A DNA stretch of 64,000 nucleotides. Source: Chlorokybus atmophyticus (taxonomy: Eukaryota; Plantae; Mesostigma and Chlorokybus algae). How positions within the stretch are numbered: position 1 is the stretch's first letter; each line of letters starts with the position of its first letter. The stretch lies in NCBI GenBank assembly GCA_009103225.1, contig RHPI01002438.1:238271-302270 (forward strand). Reading direction: 5' to 3'. The position numbers and the translations under genes were made by a program. Below are positions 13,631-27,800 of the stretch, in pieces. The notes under the pieces are model-generated. The model was not told the origin of the DNA, made no database searches, and worked only from the letters and a program-made list of their open reading frames with translations.

Positions 13631-15560
13631 TTGACATGTACAGTAATAGTAGTGCATTGTAACCATGATTGCGCAGCGACCATACGTTCATGTGCGTTGC
13701 ATGGTAGAGATACTGATTCATTTAAATGGTTCAGGTTATCAGATAGCAGCTGCATGCAATTTTATGCGGCTCTGGCGAATGGTGATTGTGTTTGTTGTTT
13801 TTGGACGCAAACAAGACCTTTGCTAGTTTTCGCACCATCATCATTGTGAATGGCCTGTAGGTGCCAAGCAAATGCGCACGCACAAGTATGTGTGCATGCG
13901 CATATTATTATTATTATGGGACTACTACCAATACAACAAATGCAGGCATTGATTGCATGCCTTCAATAGCTCTTGAGATCAATGTCCACAGGTTTGCCTA
14001 ACCTCATGTGCTTTGAATGTAATGCCATTTGCAGACGGGCAAATGGATGGAAAGGTTTAGATGATGCGTGCGTGTAGTAACCATTATGCAAAGTGAGTGC
14101 ATTTTCATCTAATCTATCACATCCCATTTTGCATTACTTGTATATGGTAGTATTTTAAATATCATTGTGAATGTAGTGCAGTATTAGGCGCGTTGTTGCA
14201 AATCAACTAATATTACTGGGTGAATGTGGTTTGGTCTTCTTTCTTCCCGGGAAATAAATTTTGAATTTGTTGATTCCTGTAATTATTACCGTTCGTGCTT
14301 AGAACATGGTGGGCTCCCTGTACAGGACACTTACACAGATATTATATTGTTTATTGTCACACATGATACAACTTGTATCACGTGTAGTTATACCGTAGAG
14401 ACACGTACATTACAATCTAATAATGATTATCACATGCCTTATGTTATGATAAGGTATTTTAGGCCTCATACATTATAACATTAAACATTGCATTGACTTT
14501 TGTGGTCATCGTAGCAAAAGGTTGAAATGAAAAATAACTCGCAACAGTAAGTGTGGGTTAAAATGTACATGTCTCTGCGGTATTCACGCATGCATCGCGT
14601 GCTTGCATTTTGAAAAACAATCGCGATGATGTGCTTTGTACTACAAGTGAAGTAACATGGGGTATGGCAATTTGCATTATGCGTACAATCTTCCACGATT
14701 GCAATACTTGCATATTGGCACACATATTACATGCATTCATGTATAGCTTTCCGGTGGTATTGATGCAAGTGGGCTCACGCGCAAGCAACCGCATATGTAG
14801 TATAATACATCTTAGAAAGAGTAATGCACATCATAAGATGGGGGTAACAGATTATTACGTCACATTGCGACATACACACAATGTCATTTTACTTTATTTC
14901 AAAAGCATCGACCATAATGAATATTTGGTTACAATTGCAAGTCGGAGGTACAATCCAGACTTTGGAAATCCTTTGCAATTCCGATAAGCAAAGTAGAAGC
15001 TTCGTGTCGCTGCAACTTCATCCTTAGACTATTGATATGCAATAAACATTCACCGGTTGTTTGTACAAGCTATACATGTGTACAAAATTATGTGTAGCCA
15101 TTTATCAGAGCACCTGTTGGCAAGAAGCAAGGATCATTGCACCCTTTTGAGTTAATGCGTCACAAGTAAACATGCAAATCTGTGTTGCACCCCATAATAT
15201 GAATATACCGAAATGTCTGCAGTGAACCCCGAGTGGTCAATATAAGTACCCACAATGTCATGCAAAAGCACAACGGCTAGCTCAACTGCACTCCATCGTC
15301 ATCAGCAGCTATATGCCATTAATCAATCTGTATTCGCATGGGTAGCATCAGTGGCGTAGCGATCGCAACCTGTTCAGCGACACAGGATGTCACTGAATAA
15401 GAACACGATCCACTAACCCTTGCACGCATGCTTACATTCATCATGTAGGCAAACAGACTGCCACAACGCATGAGCCTTGATTGCTGCACGTACACGAGAT
15501 GTGTACAATTCAAGTGAAGTTCCATGATTCCGCCACTGCCGGTAGCGCTCCCAGACGCAG

Positions 15561-17910
15561 CTATGCTGAGCCCATGGGATGCACCCACTGGCACCGCACA
15601 ATGCCTGCTGCACCACCAAAGGCAAGGAGCAGACCCGCTTTTGGGTTGGGATGCCAGCACACCCGGTGGAGCGCTTGCATGGTCGGGGGAAACGGTGTTG
15701 ACAAGTCCTTGTTGACACTATCTGTATCTGGGGACTGCGATAATAATACTACCTTGCCTTGCGCGTCGTCATACGTTGTGCGAGCGCATATAAACACCTG
15801 CCTAACCGCTGCATGCTTTGCATCGTCCAAAAGCTTCTGCGTCAGCTCGAACAATGTCACCGTTCCTTCAGCCCCGCAAGTTGCAACAATGTTATGGTGT
15901 GGCGAAATAGCAAGCGCCCACAAAACATGTTGGCTTTCCTGGAAGGTAGCGCGGAAAGAGACAGAGAGACACAGATAAGTCAAACAGCATTGCGAACTAG
16001 CAAGCAGGCAGGCTGCACGAGACTTTGCAGTGAAGTAATTGCATAGCTTAGGTTAGCACGGTGACAGTCAATTATAGACCAAGCATTGATTGCTGCAGAA
16101 ACTGCAAGGGCGTACCCTTATGTTGGTACTATCAGTTTGCTTGCGCTTCCTTGATTGGAACTCCATTGGCACAAGCGAGCCACCAGACACAACGCGAACC
16201 ACGCCGTCATCGCACGCAACAGACAGACAGCCCCAAGGCCTCGGCTGCTGGGCCCAACACAAGTCGGTGCCCCACGCGGCGCTGAGATGCTGCCTCCTTG
16301 CTTCCTGCCAACGTAACCATCACGGTGAGCGTGCAATGACGTCGCAACAAGCCAGATTGACAACAAGCGACATGCTACAGAATTACAGATTGTACACACG
16401 CTGATAACCTTACCTGCCAGGGATCGCGGCGGTCCCAAAAGGTGAGGGTGTTGTGGTGACCAGTAGTGGCAAAGATGTAAGGTGGCTCGCTATCCGCGGC
16501 TGACGAGCAGAAGGGCGTCCAGGCAATTCCTCGCAGAGGCTCACTATCCGCTTTGACATGCATGATGAGGCGAGCTCCCTCGCCGCCTACCTGATTGGCA
16601 CCGCTACTGCCACTCAGCCTCCATACCATGGCTGAGCCGTCCTGGCATGCGGCTGCAAGGAGCGCATGGGCAGGCTCTGGAGACCATGCAACACGCCAGG
16701 GCAGGCTGCACAGGCACACAACCATCATGTCAACTAGAGGATCCACAACTGTAGACCCTTGCGACAATACATGGATGTGTACATCACGCATGCATACACG
16801 CCTGCACAGGTACATTCACACACATCGCTTCATGCACAAATACACACATACATGCACGTGTGTACAGATGCAGAACTTAAGGCACAACTGCAGCAATCAT
16901 AAACCACAACAGCCACGAAACCAGCATGGGCAGGTGAGCAAAATGATGATGCTCACCTGCGTCGTGTTCTCTCATCATCCGCAAGGAAAGCAGGCACGAT
17001 GGTTATGGAAGATGCCACTTTGGCAGAAGCTTCGTCCTCAGCAGCAGCATGCGACTTAGAAGTCGAAGGTGTGGGCACGTCTATGACACGCACCGAGCCG
17101 TCTCCAAGCGCCACAGCAAGGAACCCCAGCGCAGAAGCATACCCATCTGCTAGACAGCTGGCGGGTCTCCATTTGAGGTCCCACACAGTCCCGCCATCCG
17201 TCTCCACCGACAGAGCCAAGCATGCAGAGCTGTCTGCAGTGTGCAAACATGCACCATAAACAGAGTTACAGGTGCCTTCAGCAAGACGTTAGTCATAGCT
17301 GGCTTGCGTGACCCAGTAACTTGCTAACCTGTAGGACTGCTGGGTATTGCCCATATCTGCACAGGGGCGCGCCCCTTCACAGGCTGCCCAATGCGGTGCA
17401 CCGATGACGTGCTTGGATGAGCTCCCACAGCCAAGTACTGAGAGTCACACAGATGTCAGCTGCTTACCTATCTCGAACATGGCTGGTTTCATGAAGCCCT
17501 GGTTTTTTACGCATGGAACGTTGTTGACAAGCAGACCGCACACCAAGGCACCGAAGCTGCATGCAAGCCGCAGCTAAAGCCTTCGCAAAGCTGACGTAGG
17601 CTGAAGCAAAACAACAGTGTGCATGCAGACAGAACTGTACTGGGCAATGACTAATGCTAGCCTATGCTTTGTCAAAAACTAACGGGGCGAGAAGAAAGGC
17701 TGCATGCCTTCAATTGGAGACCACCACCCCGACACACAATGTGCTACCACCGACTTAGCAGGGATGCCTGCGGCACAAACTTCAGCAGCTTACCAGGCAT
17801 CCGGCGCCCTCATCAACTCCAGGATGCCAGTCCAGCGCCCACACGGCGCCGCCGGCGTCCAGCGCCACCTCCGGGAGCCTGCCTGTGGCGGGAAGTGGTG
17901 CATGCGCCAT
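15561..17910 (-). CDS. GTF3C2: WD40 protein, TFIIIC subunit GTF3C2/Tfc6-like
   Basis: Exons: LDAGGAVWALDWHP / YLAVGAHP...HRIGQPVKGRAPVQIW / GGTVWDLKWRP...LGFLAVALGDGSVRV / SLPWRVAWSP...LLAAACQDG / C-terminal ALHRVCWHPN...LLLAFGGAAGIVRCQ, which matches the GTF3C2-type C-terminus as I recall it. Confidence 0.75.
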
Positions 17911-18022
17911 AATCAGGGTTTTGGAACGCCATGGCCATTTTGAGTTCAAACTTGGCAAAGTGGCGGGAAAGGCTGCATGCATTGTTGGCGAGGTGGTGGT
18001 GGTGGTGGTGGTCGTGGTCGCC

Positions 18023-20887
18023 ATGGACGGTGAGGGAGTCGACGAGCGGGGTGCCGCCAGCTCGCTGAGGCTGCCGCCCAGGCAGGGGAAGCACAAGGGC
18101 GGGGCGCCGAGGTCGGCCGTATGGGCGCACTTCGACACAGCTGCTGGGAGGAACAACAAGAACAGGCGGACAGGCTGCGTGTGCAAGCACTGCGGCAGGT
18201 TCTACTCTGATGCCAGGGTGGAGTTCATGGTACGCCACATCGTCTCGGAGTGCAGGGAGATCACCCCCGACATCAGGGCGCAGGTAGCAGAGCTCTCTGC
18301 AGCCAAGCGTGGCGGTGGGAACAACAAGCATGCCAGCAATGCCGCTTCAGCTTCCACTGTGCCGGCGCTATTCGCCGGTAATAGTAGTAAGAGCAACAGC
18401 AACAGGCTCAAGCGCCGAGCAGAGCAGCCCGCTGCGCCTGTTGCCTCCAAGCAGCATCAGGTTGGGACTGCGCTGCCGTCTGCCGTGCAGAGCGAGCTGG
18501 ACACCAGTTTGCTGCTGATGTTCGTCATGACCGGCATGCCTTTTCACATTGTAGAAGACTACTACTTCCGCAAAATAATCCACACTATGCGCCCGGGCTA
18601 CCAGCCGCCAAGTACGTGCTCCGTATTTTGTGAACTAGCACAGCATGCAAGCACTGTGTATATGCTGTCGTGCAAACCAAAATAAAGAGTACTTTAATGC
18701 AAGCCAATGGTGTGACATGCTCATTCGTCTGACTAGCAGCTGTGGCAGGTGCTGCTAAGTTGAGGACCCAGTTATTGGAAGAACACCACGCACTCGTGCA
18801 ACGCAGATTTACTGAGCGCATGAGCAAAGAGACCGGCTGTACCTCCACGTTCATCATCGATGGCTGGAGTGATCTTGAGGACCGATATGTTTACGGCTGC
18901 AATGTGGCAATGCCGGACAAGTTGGTTCACTTGCTCAAATGTGTACAGTTCCCCATTGATTGTCACGAACATGAGGAGATAGCAAGTAAGGCAAGCCTGT
19001 TAAGTGACGTGGGCTGTCCTGTACTGCATGCGGAGCTTCCTTGACATGGCTGCCATTTGCTCATACAGGCAAGTTCAAAGACTGCATCGATCAAGTAGGC
19101 GCGTTGAAGGTAGCGGCAGTCGTGACGGACAATGCAGCCAACATGCAGCTGGTTCGTAGTTTGCTGGTGGATACCGCCGGTTACACGCATATTCAAGCGC
19201 TGACGTAAGTTGCTTTGGCATTAAGCAATGCTTACTAAGCCTTCTTCTGCGCCTGCTCATGTCAACTAATGGCCCAAGTGTTGTTCAACAGATGCTTGTT
19301 GCGGGGATTCCTTCTGACTATGGGCAGCTTTCTGGGGCATCCTTGGGTCAAGTCCATCGCTGTCAACGCGCTCAAAGTTGCACTGTACTTCAGAGACCTT
19401 GATGACCAAACACCATTAGCCCTCCTCTCCGATGCTGCCAAGGCGTGCAATATTGCTGGCTCGATACACCTTGTGACCAAGCAGTTGCCATCACTGCTTC
19501 GCTGCCTGCAATCTGTACAGCGTTTAGAGCCAGCCTTGATGCTGGTTGGGAGACACCCGGCCAACATCGCATCTGCGGAGGTCATCAGCATCATCGATGA
19601 TCGGGAGTTTTGGAGGGGACTTGACACTGTTTGCCATATGCTTAAGCCTTTCAATCACGCCATGTTGGCGGCACAAAGCACCAAGACTGCTACATTGGCT
19701 GACGTGACCAGATACTGGCTTCATGTGGCACGCGCTATCGACACACAACGGTTACCATCAGGTGTGTACTTGTCCTGCATGCCAACTCACTCGCTAGGCA
19801 CAAAAAGCATGGATTGCAAGCTTTTGTGCATGCTCACGATGTAAGCAATACGCTAAATCACGTACATTTGATTAATTCTCTTCTGTAGGTGCTCAGCAGC
19901 ATGTGACGCAAGCATACAATGCACATGTCGCCGAGCTGGACTTCAAGCTAGCCAGGCTTGCACTTTTCTTGGATCCGCGCTACAAGCAATCAGCTGACGA
20001 GGATGGACACTTTGGACAACTGCTGGAGCAGGTATTGGAATTCCAATATCTGTAAGCCCTGGCTGGGAGTGCATTATCCTGACTTCGCGGGTCTGACTGC
20101 GCAGGCTGTACGAGTTATGCAAAAACGGGGACACAGTGAGGAGGAATGCCGGCTCCTCCTAGCACAGATGCAGAATTATAAGGGTGGCCTGCCACCGTAC
20201 GACCACTTCTTTGGAGGGGAGTCCTTTGATGTCAAAGGGTGGTGGCTCTCTGTTGTGAGAACGGAGCAAACCAAGGAAATAGTGGGATTGGCTGTGATGC
20301 TGCTGGATATTGTGCCACATGCAGCTGATCCGGACAGGTTGCTCACCTCAATGGGTTGGTTCAACTCCAGCACATGGCGTAGACTCCCGGTGCACACCGT
20401 TGGCATGATGACGGCCATCAGGATGCATCACACTCATGAGGACGCCAAGTAAGCAGCCACAGCCATTGGCATGTGGCAAGTTGTGTGTGTTGGTTGTCAC
20501 TTGATAGCTAACCACAGAAATGGCAGGGCGGCAAAGCAACCCTCAAACATTAACACCAGTCAAGAAGCTGCACAACAAGAGGAGCGAGATGCTGCGCTCT
20601 TAGGGCAGGAAGAAGCAGAGGGGGGTATTGTTGATTGCGATGAGCTGGACGCTGTGCTGGAAACGTTGTATGCAACCGGCACTGCATCCACAGCTGACGC
20701 TGCAGTACAGTCGGACAGCGTGAGCTCGCTGTTGAGTGGCTTTGTACTGCAGCATCACACCTTGAGCCCTTCTCACAAACCTGCTATGGTCCTGCCTCCC
20801 TCCCTACAACAACTGTTCAATGGTAACCCCAGCACCAATTTGGACGCGGGCTCCAATCTGCAACAGCACTTGCACACACTTGGATAG
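18023..20887 (+). CDS. hAT-transposase-derived protein (BED zinc finger + DUF659/RNase H fold + hAT C-terminal dimerisation region), 7 exons, probably domesticated
   Basis: BED finger WAHF...CVCKHC...RHIVSEC; IIDGWS (Asp at 18859); VVTDNAANM (Asp at 19128); LFLDPRYK; WW...LLDIVPHAADPDRLL. The reading frame stays open across six GT-AG introns. Confidence 0.85.
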
Positions 20888-21462
20888 GTTGATGCTATCT
20901 TGTGCTTGTGCTTGCTTCGAGCACTGCAACGCCCAATAGCATGCAATGCAGTGGGCGCAGTGTTGCACATATGCCAAAACTGATATATACTCCCTGTATA
21001 GTCCCTGTACATTCTCTGAAAGATGTGATTAGGGTTGGCCTGTTGTACGCTACAGAGTCAAACGAGTGGGGCACGAGGTGAGATGTGCTGTTTGCATGTG
21101 CGGCCTCGATATCAACATCTTTGCACACGCTTGTGGCTGCTTTGCGAGAAGTATAGAAGACATGGTCAAGAAACAGTCTAGTCACGAACAGCATTTACTT
21201 GTGTGTATGAAAAGCGTCGCCTTGCACCGTTACACTGTGTTCCCTTGATGCCATTCCTTCATATGCAGACCTCGTGTTACCACAATGCACAAGCACAACT
21301 CATGGAATGACTCCACATGCTCACATGGGTCGCAGCGCACACAATGCATACATGCATGCGCGTAAACATTCCCACAGCAGAATGCAAGCACCATCACCAG
21401 ATACTCTCACTTTACTACGTCCCCATTTCCAGCAAGTCAGCCAATCACTGGCAGTCAATAAG

Positions 21463-21755
21463 CTAATAGATAGGGTTCTGCGTGGCGCTGCACCACGGGC
21501 ACGTCCCCGCGGCAAGTGTCCATGCGTTCCAGTCGTCGCGGATGGCGGGTGCGTGGCAGGCGCGGCACTGGACGCCGCCGGACTCCGAAGATGACGATGA
21601 GTTGCCAGAGACGGGGTAGCCCGTAGCGCAGCAGGGGGCGCTTTCCGCGCCACATGCACCGCAACGCAGACCCGCAGCGTAGGTGGCGCAACCGCAAGAC
21701 TCGCACACGCGCTGCGTGAGCACCTGCTCGACCTGAAGAGGGGGACATACACACA

Positions 21756-21806
<51 letters not shown>

Positions 21807-24800
21807 GCGTGTGTGTGTGTATGTGTCTGTGTGTCTGTGTGTCTGTGTGTCTGTGTGTGTGTGTGTGTGCGTGCACGCGCGTGCGTTTACAGACACACTC
21901 ACACACGTGCATATGTGCTGGTGTATATATGTGTGCGCGCACGAGTGCATACGTGTCCAAACAACTGCAAACACTGCTGCTGAAGGCGAGCGGTACCTGT
22001 TGGTCCATGCTCATTGCGAGGACCCAGTTGCGGACGGACTCGCGCTGGGCCTCGTCCAGGAAGTGCTTCTCAGGTAGCGGGTAGTCCTCGGGGATGTCCG
22101 TCGCCGCCAGCAGCTCGCTGCCCTCGTCCAGCTCCGCCTCCGGACCCTCCATCGCCTCCGCCAGGTCGAGGTACCTGATATACACGCGTGGTTGGTTGAT
22201 TGTTGTTGGGTCACCTGACACACACTTCGCTGTGCTGCTATGACTAGTTGTCAACGGTGTGTGTGGCACAAGCCTGCGCACGCACGCACATGCGCGTGCG
22301 TGCGTGCGCACGCAAGCCGGCACACACGCAGGCACGTGTGCCAACAATACGTCACGCACGCGGAGACGCATAAACGTGTACACGCCCTCACGTGCATACA
22401 CACACCTGTTGAGGAAAACAAAGGCCATTCCATGCCAGCCTGCTTCTCTGCACGCCACGCCCGCCTCGTAGAGCGCCTTGTCCGCAGGCACATCTCCAAT
22501 ATGCCTACATTTGCGCACAAGCACGCCTAAGCCAACACGACCCAACACATACTCACTCAACACTACAAACACTCCTACCTTAGCAGTGAAACCGCCAGCT
22601 TTGCAGATGCCACCCGAAGTCCGTATCGCTCAGCCGCGGGGCGTGTGGCCGCCAGGTGCGTGGCGTGCAGCAGCTTGTCCAACTCTTGACGCACTGACGG
22701 CGTGACGTCGGCGGCGTTGGCCTTCATGGCAGCCACCACGCGGTAGAGGACGGTCTTGAGCTCCGGGAGGGCGCTCGTCATCTCGGGCTCGCCGCTCGCT
22801 AGCAACTGCAGGCAGGGGACGAAGTGTGCGTGTGCGTGTGCGTATGTGTCTGTCCGTGCGCAAGCATGTCTGTCCGCGCGCAAGTGTGTCTGTGTGTGTG
22901 CATGCTTGTGCACGCGCCTATGTGTGTATGTCTCTGCTGTCACACATACACACGCAAGGCATAAGAGTGCACATCCAGCCCACCTCAAGCGCGATGGCGC
23001 GGAGGAGGTCCGAAAGTCCCGATGGAATGGCAGTGGGTGGAGGGAGGAGGATGAGGTGCTTGTCCAGGACGCGGGCGGCGTCGCCGTGCCGACCAGCACT
23101 GCAGCATGCGCGTGCGTGCTTCTGCGCCCACTTGGCCGCGGAACCGCCTCCCAACGTGCCCGCCACCTCGTGAACCTGAGGTGACACAAGGTTCAGAACC
23201 ATGGAGAACTCAGACAGAATCACACACACATGCGCGCACGCACGCACGCAGCAAGCGCATTCACGCATGCAGACAACCAGACACACATTCACACACACGA
23301 GCGCGCGCACGCACACGTGCACCCGCGCCTGTTCGCGCACACACAGCCTGGGTGTCGGACACCCACATGTAACTCGTACAGGCACAGAAAGGGAGACAAA
23401 AATACATGAGACCGCTCGCGTGCACACAGCGTGCGCCTTGTTTCTCTGTGCGTGTGCGCACACCCACAGAGAACGACCCACCCCACTCAACCCGCCACTC
23501 ACCTTATTCCACTGCCCCTGTCTCGCAAACAGTTCCACCGCCGCCGCCCCGTTCCCGCTCCTAACCAGCGCCTCCCCATCATCCCTCTCCACCAGATGCG
23601 CCACGTACTGCTCCTCCACATACTGTTCAAGTCCTCCTCCTCCTCCTCCTCCTCCTCCTCCTTGTCGCGCGGCGAGGGAACGGGCCTCGTCCCAGAGACG
23701 GGCGGACATGAGGACGTCGATCGCTTCGCGGAACGCGCCGATCCCTTCGAAGAGAGAAGCGGCGGGGAGGGGACGGCCGAGGGAGAGGAGGCGGGAGGAG
23801 ACCTCGGAGATGATGGAGGGGACGCGCTCGGGGACCTGGGTAGGGGGAGGGAGGGAGCGTGTGGGTAGGGGTGGGGGTGGGTTGGGCATGCGTGCGTGTG
23901 TGTGCGAACGTACGCACGTGTGTACTTCGGTGTGCACGTGTTTGCTCCCCAAGCGAACACTCACTAGCAAACACACATAGCTCGTGTGCGTGTGCGAGCG
24001 AATTTGCTCAGCATATCCCAAGTCCCAAACGCACGCCCCCTTTTTGTATCATCCTCTCTCACCTGCTCTGCAGCGAGTTTGGCGGCGTTGGTCCACGCCT
24101 CCTCCAGTCTATCCGGATCCGCCGTGACCTTGGCCGTGACCTGCAGGTACGTGTCGACGGCGCGCGAGTAGCTGCGGCTCTTCTCGAGGAGGCGCGCTCG
24201 GCCGAGGATCGCCTCCAGGGTCTCACCGACGCCCGTACCGCCGCCTACGCCGCCACCGCTTCCGCTGTTGGCGCCGGCACTGCCAGCGCGAACGTTCGCG
24301 CTGGCTGCACGCTCCCTGGAGTTGAAAAGCAAAGGGTGAGTTGATAATATCGGAATATCACTGCAAAGACGTGCATGTGGGCACGCATACGCACACACAT
24401 CCACACACAAGCATGCACGCAGGTACGCGCGCATGCACATACGCATGGACATACACACGCACACGCTCACGCACGCGCAGTGATAAGGCGCTGCACATAC
24501 GCATAGCATGTGACAATTGTTTACCCTCGCACGGACGCCGCCAGCTCCAGATGCAGTTGCGCCACCATCCCCGGCACATACCCTTCCGCCACTCTGATCG
24601 CCTCCTCCCACTTCCCCTCCTCCTTATACATCCCCACGGCCATCTCCGCCCTCCCCGCTTTCACGAACATCCCCTCGGCCCTTCCCCACTCCCCGTTCTC
24701 GGCCGCCTCCTTCCCCTGCGCTATACCCACAGCGGGCAGGGAGTCCGGGTCGTGCTGGGAAGCGACGCGGGAGGCGGAGGAGTAGGAACGCTGGTGGAGC

Positions 24801-27800
24801 CACATGTCGACGGCCTCGCGGGGCTTACCCGCCAGGATGAAGGCGGACTCGGCGTCGGGGTAGCGGCCCTCGTCCTCGAGGAACATCGCCCATTTGAGGT
24901 GGACCTGCGAGAGGGAAACAAAGGGTTGTGTGAGATGAGACCGCAGCTGGTGCACGCGTGTCCGTGCATGTGCGTATGCGTGTCCGTACGAGTCCGTGTG
25001 CGTGTGGTGCGTTGTGTGTGTGCCCGCGCGCGTGTGCGTGTGCGTAAGAGTTTGTGTTACTGTGAGTTATGAGTGTGTGTGTGTCTGCGAGTCCATGCTC
25101 GCGTACTGACCTCAGGGAGTTTGTTCTTGGCGGAGGCGTTGGCCAGTTCAAAGGCATGCTCGAAGGCGCCCTGCTCGAGGGCGTAGTCAATGGCGGCCTC
25201 GGACAGGCCGAAGCGCGCAAGGAGGGCTGCGCCGGCCTCTCCGCCGAGCTGCGCAGCCCACGCGTACGCCACCTGCGGGGGCACCTCGGCTCGGATCACG
25301 GGTGACACCAATACACACACAAGGCTGAGCACGTTCACAACAGTGGGCTTGGCATTTGCCCTGAGAGTCACCAATTCCAAATGACGTCTACCCACACACG
25401 TGCACAAACACACAACACATCGTCAACCGCACCCAGGTACATGCGCACGTGCACGCACTCGCACACACACACACACATGTACCCCCCACCCACCCACCCA
25501 CCCACCCACCTGTTCCGCCGCATTCGGCGGCCCATACGTCCTTGCCACCCTGACTCCTTCCCCGTCCTCCCCTTTCTCCTTCCACGCTTCCGCCGCTTCC
25601 CTCCACATCCCCGCCCCCACCCAGTGCCTCTCCGCCTCCCTCATCTGGCCCCTGCCCGCCAGCGCCCTCGCCACGTGGGCCTGGGCTTCGCTCAACAACT
25701 CTTTCCTGTGAGCAGCCACGAGACGGAGCATCTGGTCGTAGAGACCCGACTTCTTGTACATGGAGATGGCGAGGTCGTGCTCCTTGGCGAGGAGGTAGAG
25801 ACGCTCGGCCTCGCGGTAACGGGGGCCGTTGGAGGATGTGGAGGTAGTGTTTGAGCCTGATGGTGTGGTTGCTAATGCTTCTAGCTCGCGGGCGCGGCGG
25901 AGGTAGAGGGCGGAGACCTCGCGCTCGCTCATGTATTGGGCGGCAACCTGGCGGAGGGAGAGGACAACCTTGTGGGTGGGTGGGTGAGTGTGTGCGTGTG
26001 CGTGCGCGCGAGTGCACGCGTGTGTGCAATACACAGGAGTGTGGATGTGGATGTGGTTGTGGAGCAGCATGTGCGCGCGTGTGCGTGTGCGTGGCAGCAA
26101 GCATCGTAAGACACAAAGTTGAGCGTTTCATTCCCACCTTATGTGCCGCATCCCAGTCATTCGCCCTCGCCCACATCTCCACCGCTTCCTGCGGCGCTCC
26201 CGCCCTCAGCAAACACCTCTCGGCCTCCTTCCACTCCCTGGCCGCCTCGAGCTGCCTCGCGATCTTCCTCCAATACGGCGCCGCGACAGTGTGGTCCTGC
26301 GTCTCTGCGATCTGGGCCGCGCGGGTCCATAGGCCAGCTTGCACCGCGGCCTCGAGCGCGCGCGAGGCGGCGCCGGCCTCGATGAAGTGGGAGACGGCGG
26401 AGTCGGCGCGGTGGGAGAGGAGGAGGTGCTCGCCCCATTCGAGCTCGAGGGAGACGACCTGAGGGTATGTTGTGTGATGTGCTGCAGGTACAGAGGAGCG
26501 TAGACGCACACGTGCGCGTGCAAGAGAGAAAAAGTGCACGTGGGTGCAGGCGTGTGCATGCATGCATGTGTGTGTGTGCACACCCCGCACACAGAGCGTG
26601 CACACGTGTGTGCGTGTGTAGGTGCGTGCGTGCGCACGTACACATTTGTCTCTGTACGTGCGCGCAGGTATGTTACACTACTCTACTGAGATGACATCGT
26701 GACTATGCACACACCACCACAAGCACTGCAGCATCTCACCTCCGCGGGAAAAGCTCTCCGACACAGCTCCACCGCCCTCCTAAACTCCTTCCCCTTCTTG
26801 TACGCTTCTTTCGCTCTATCAAGTGCTCCAAGGTGTTCAAACACGGCCCCCGCGCGTGCGTGGAGTCCCGCGCGCGTCAGGGCGGAGGCGACCGACTCGA
26901 TCGTGGGGGAGTCGAAGGAGTCGGAAGGACGAGAGAGGATGAGGGAGGCGGCGCGGCCGGGAGTGCCGCCGCGGAGGTAGAGGGAGAGGGCGGAGGAGAA
27001 GTCGCCAGAGGACTCGCGAACTGCACCCGCGGCCTCCTCCTGGGAGTGGATGTGTGTGTTTGTGGCGTGTAGCGAAGGTATTACGTACACATGCACAGTC
27101 GTGCGCTGGTGTGCGCGCGCACATGTATACACGCACACGCACACACACACACAAGCCCGCACACGCACACGCACAGGCACACAGGCACAGGCACAGGCAC
27201 ACGCATACGCACATGCGCATGCGCTTGCGCACACAAGCTCACCTGCCCCGTCTGTAGCAGCCACTGGTAGTGCTGTTTTGCGAGGGTCTCTGCTTCGGGG
27301 TGCCCCGCCGCGTTCGCCACCCTGATCGCCGCCTCCCACCAGTGCATCCCCGTGTACATCGCGATCGCGTCGTCCACCCTCCCAGCACCCAACAACAAAC
27401 CCTCAGCCACCTGTGAGGAACAGAGTGAGAAGAGCAGAGTGTTGGGTCAGTGACAACTAGGTTGGTGCTCTCTTACTAACAAGAAAACATGACGACGGCT
27501 GCGTGGATGTGCGTGTGCGTGTGCGTGTAAGTATGAGTGTGATTATGTGCGTGCATGCGTGCATGTGCGTGTGTGAGTATGAGTGTGTACACGTGCATGA
27601 TGTGGGTTTGTGTCTTTGAGTCTCCAAGTGTATCATTTGTCCATTTTTCTTCCCCTACCTTCCATTGCTTGTCCAGCATCGCGATCTGCGCCCGTACAAG
27701 ATAATGGTCCATCCCGTCCCCCCCGGTCTCTTCCGCGGCCCTCCGTCGGATCTTGTTCAGCTTGTGGAGGAACCGCGCGCGGGCGGGGAGACCCAGGGAC

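Noticed and set aside
14610-14987. 125-aa ORF in the AT-rich spacer
   Set aside because: It has no recognisable motifs and its composition is like the surrounding non-coding DNA.
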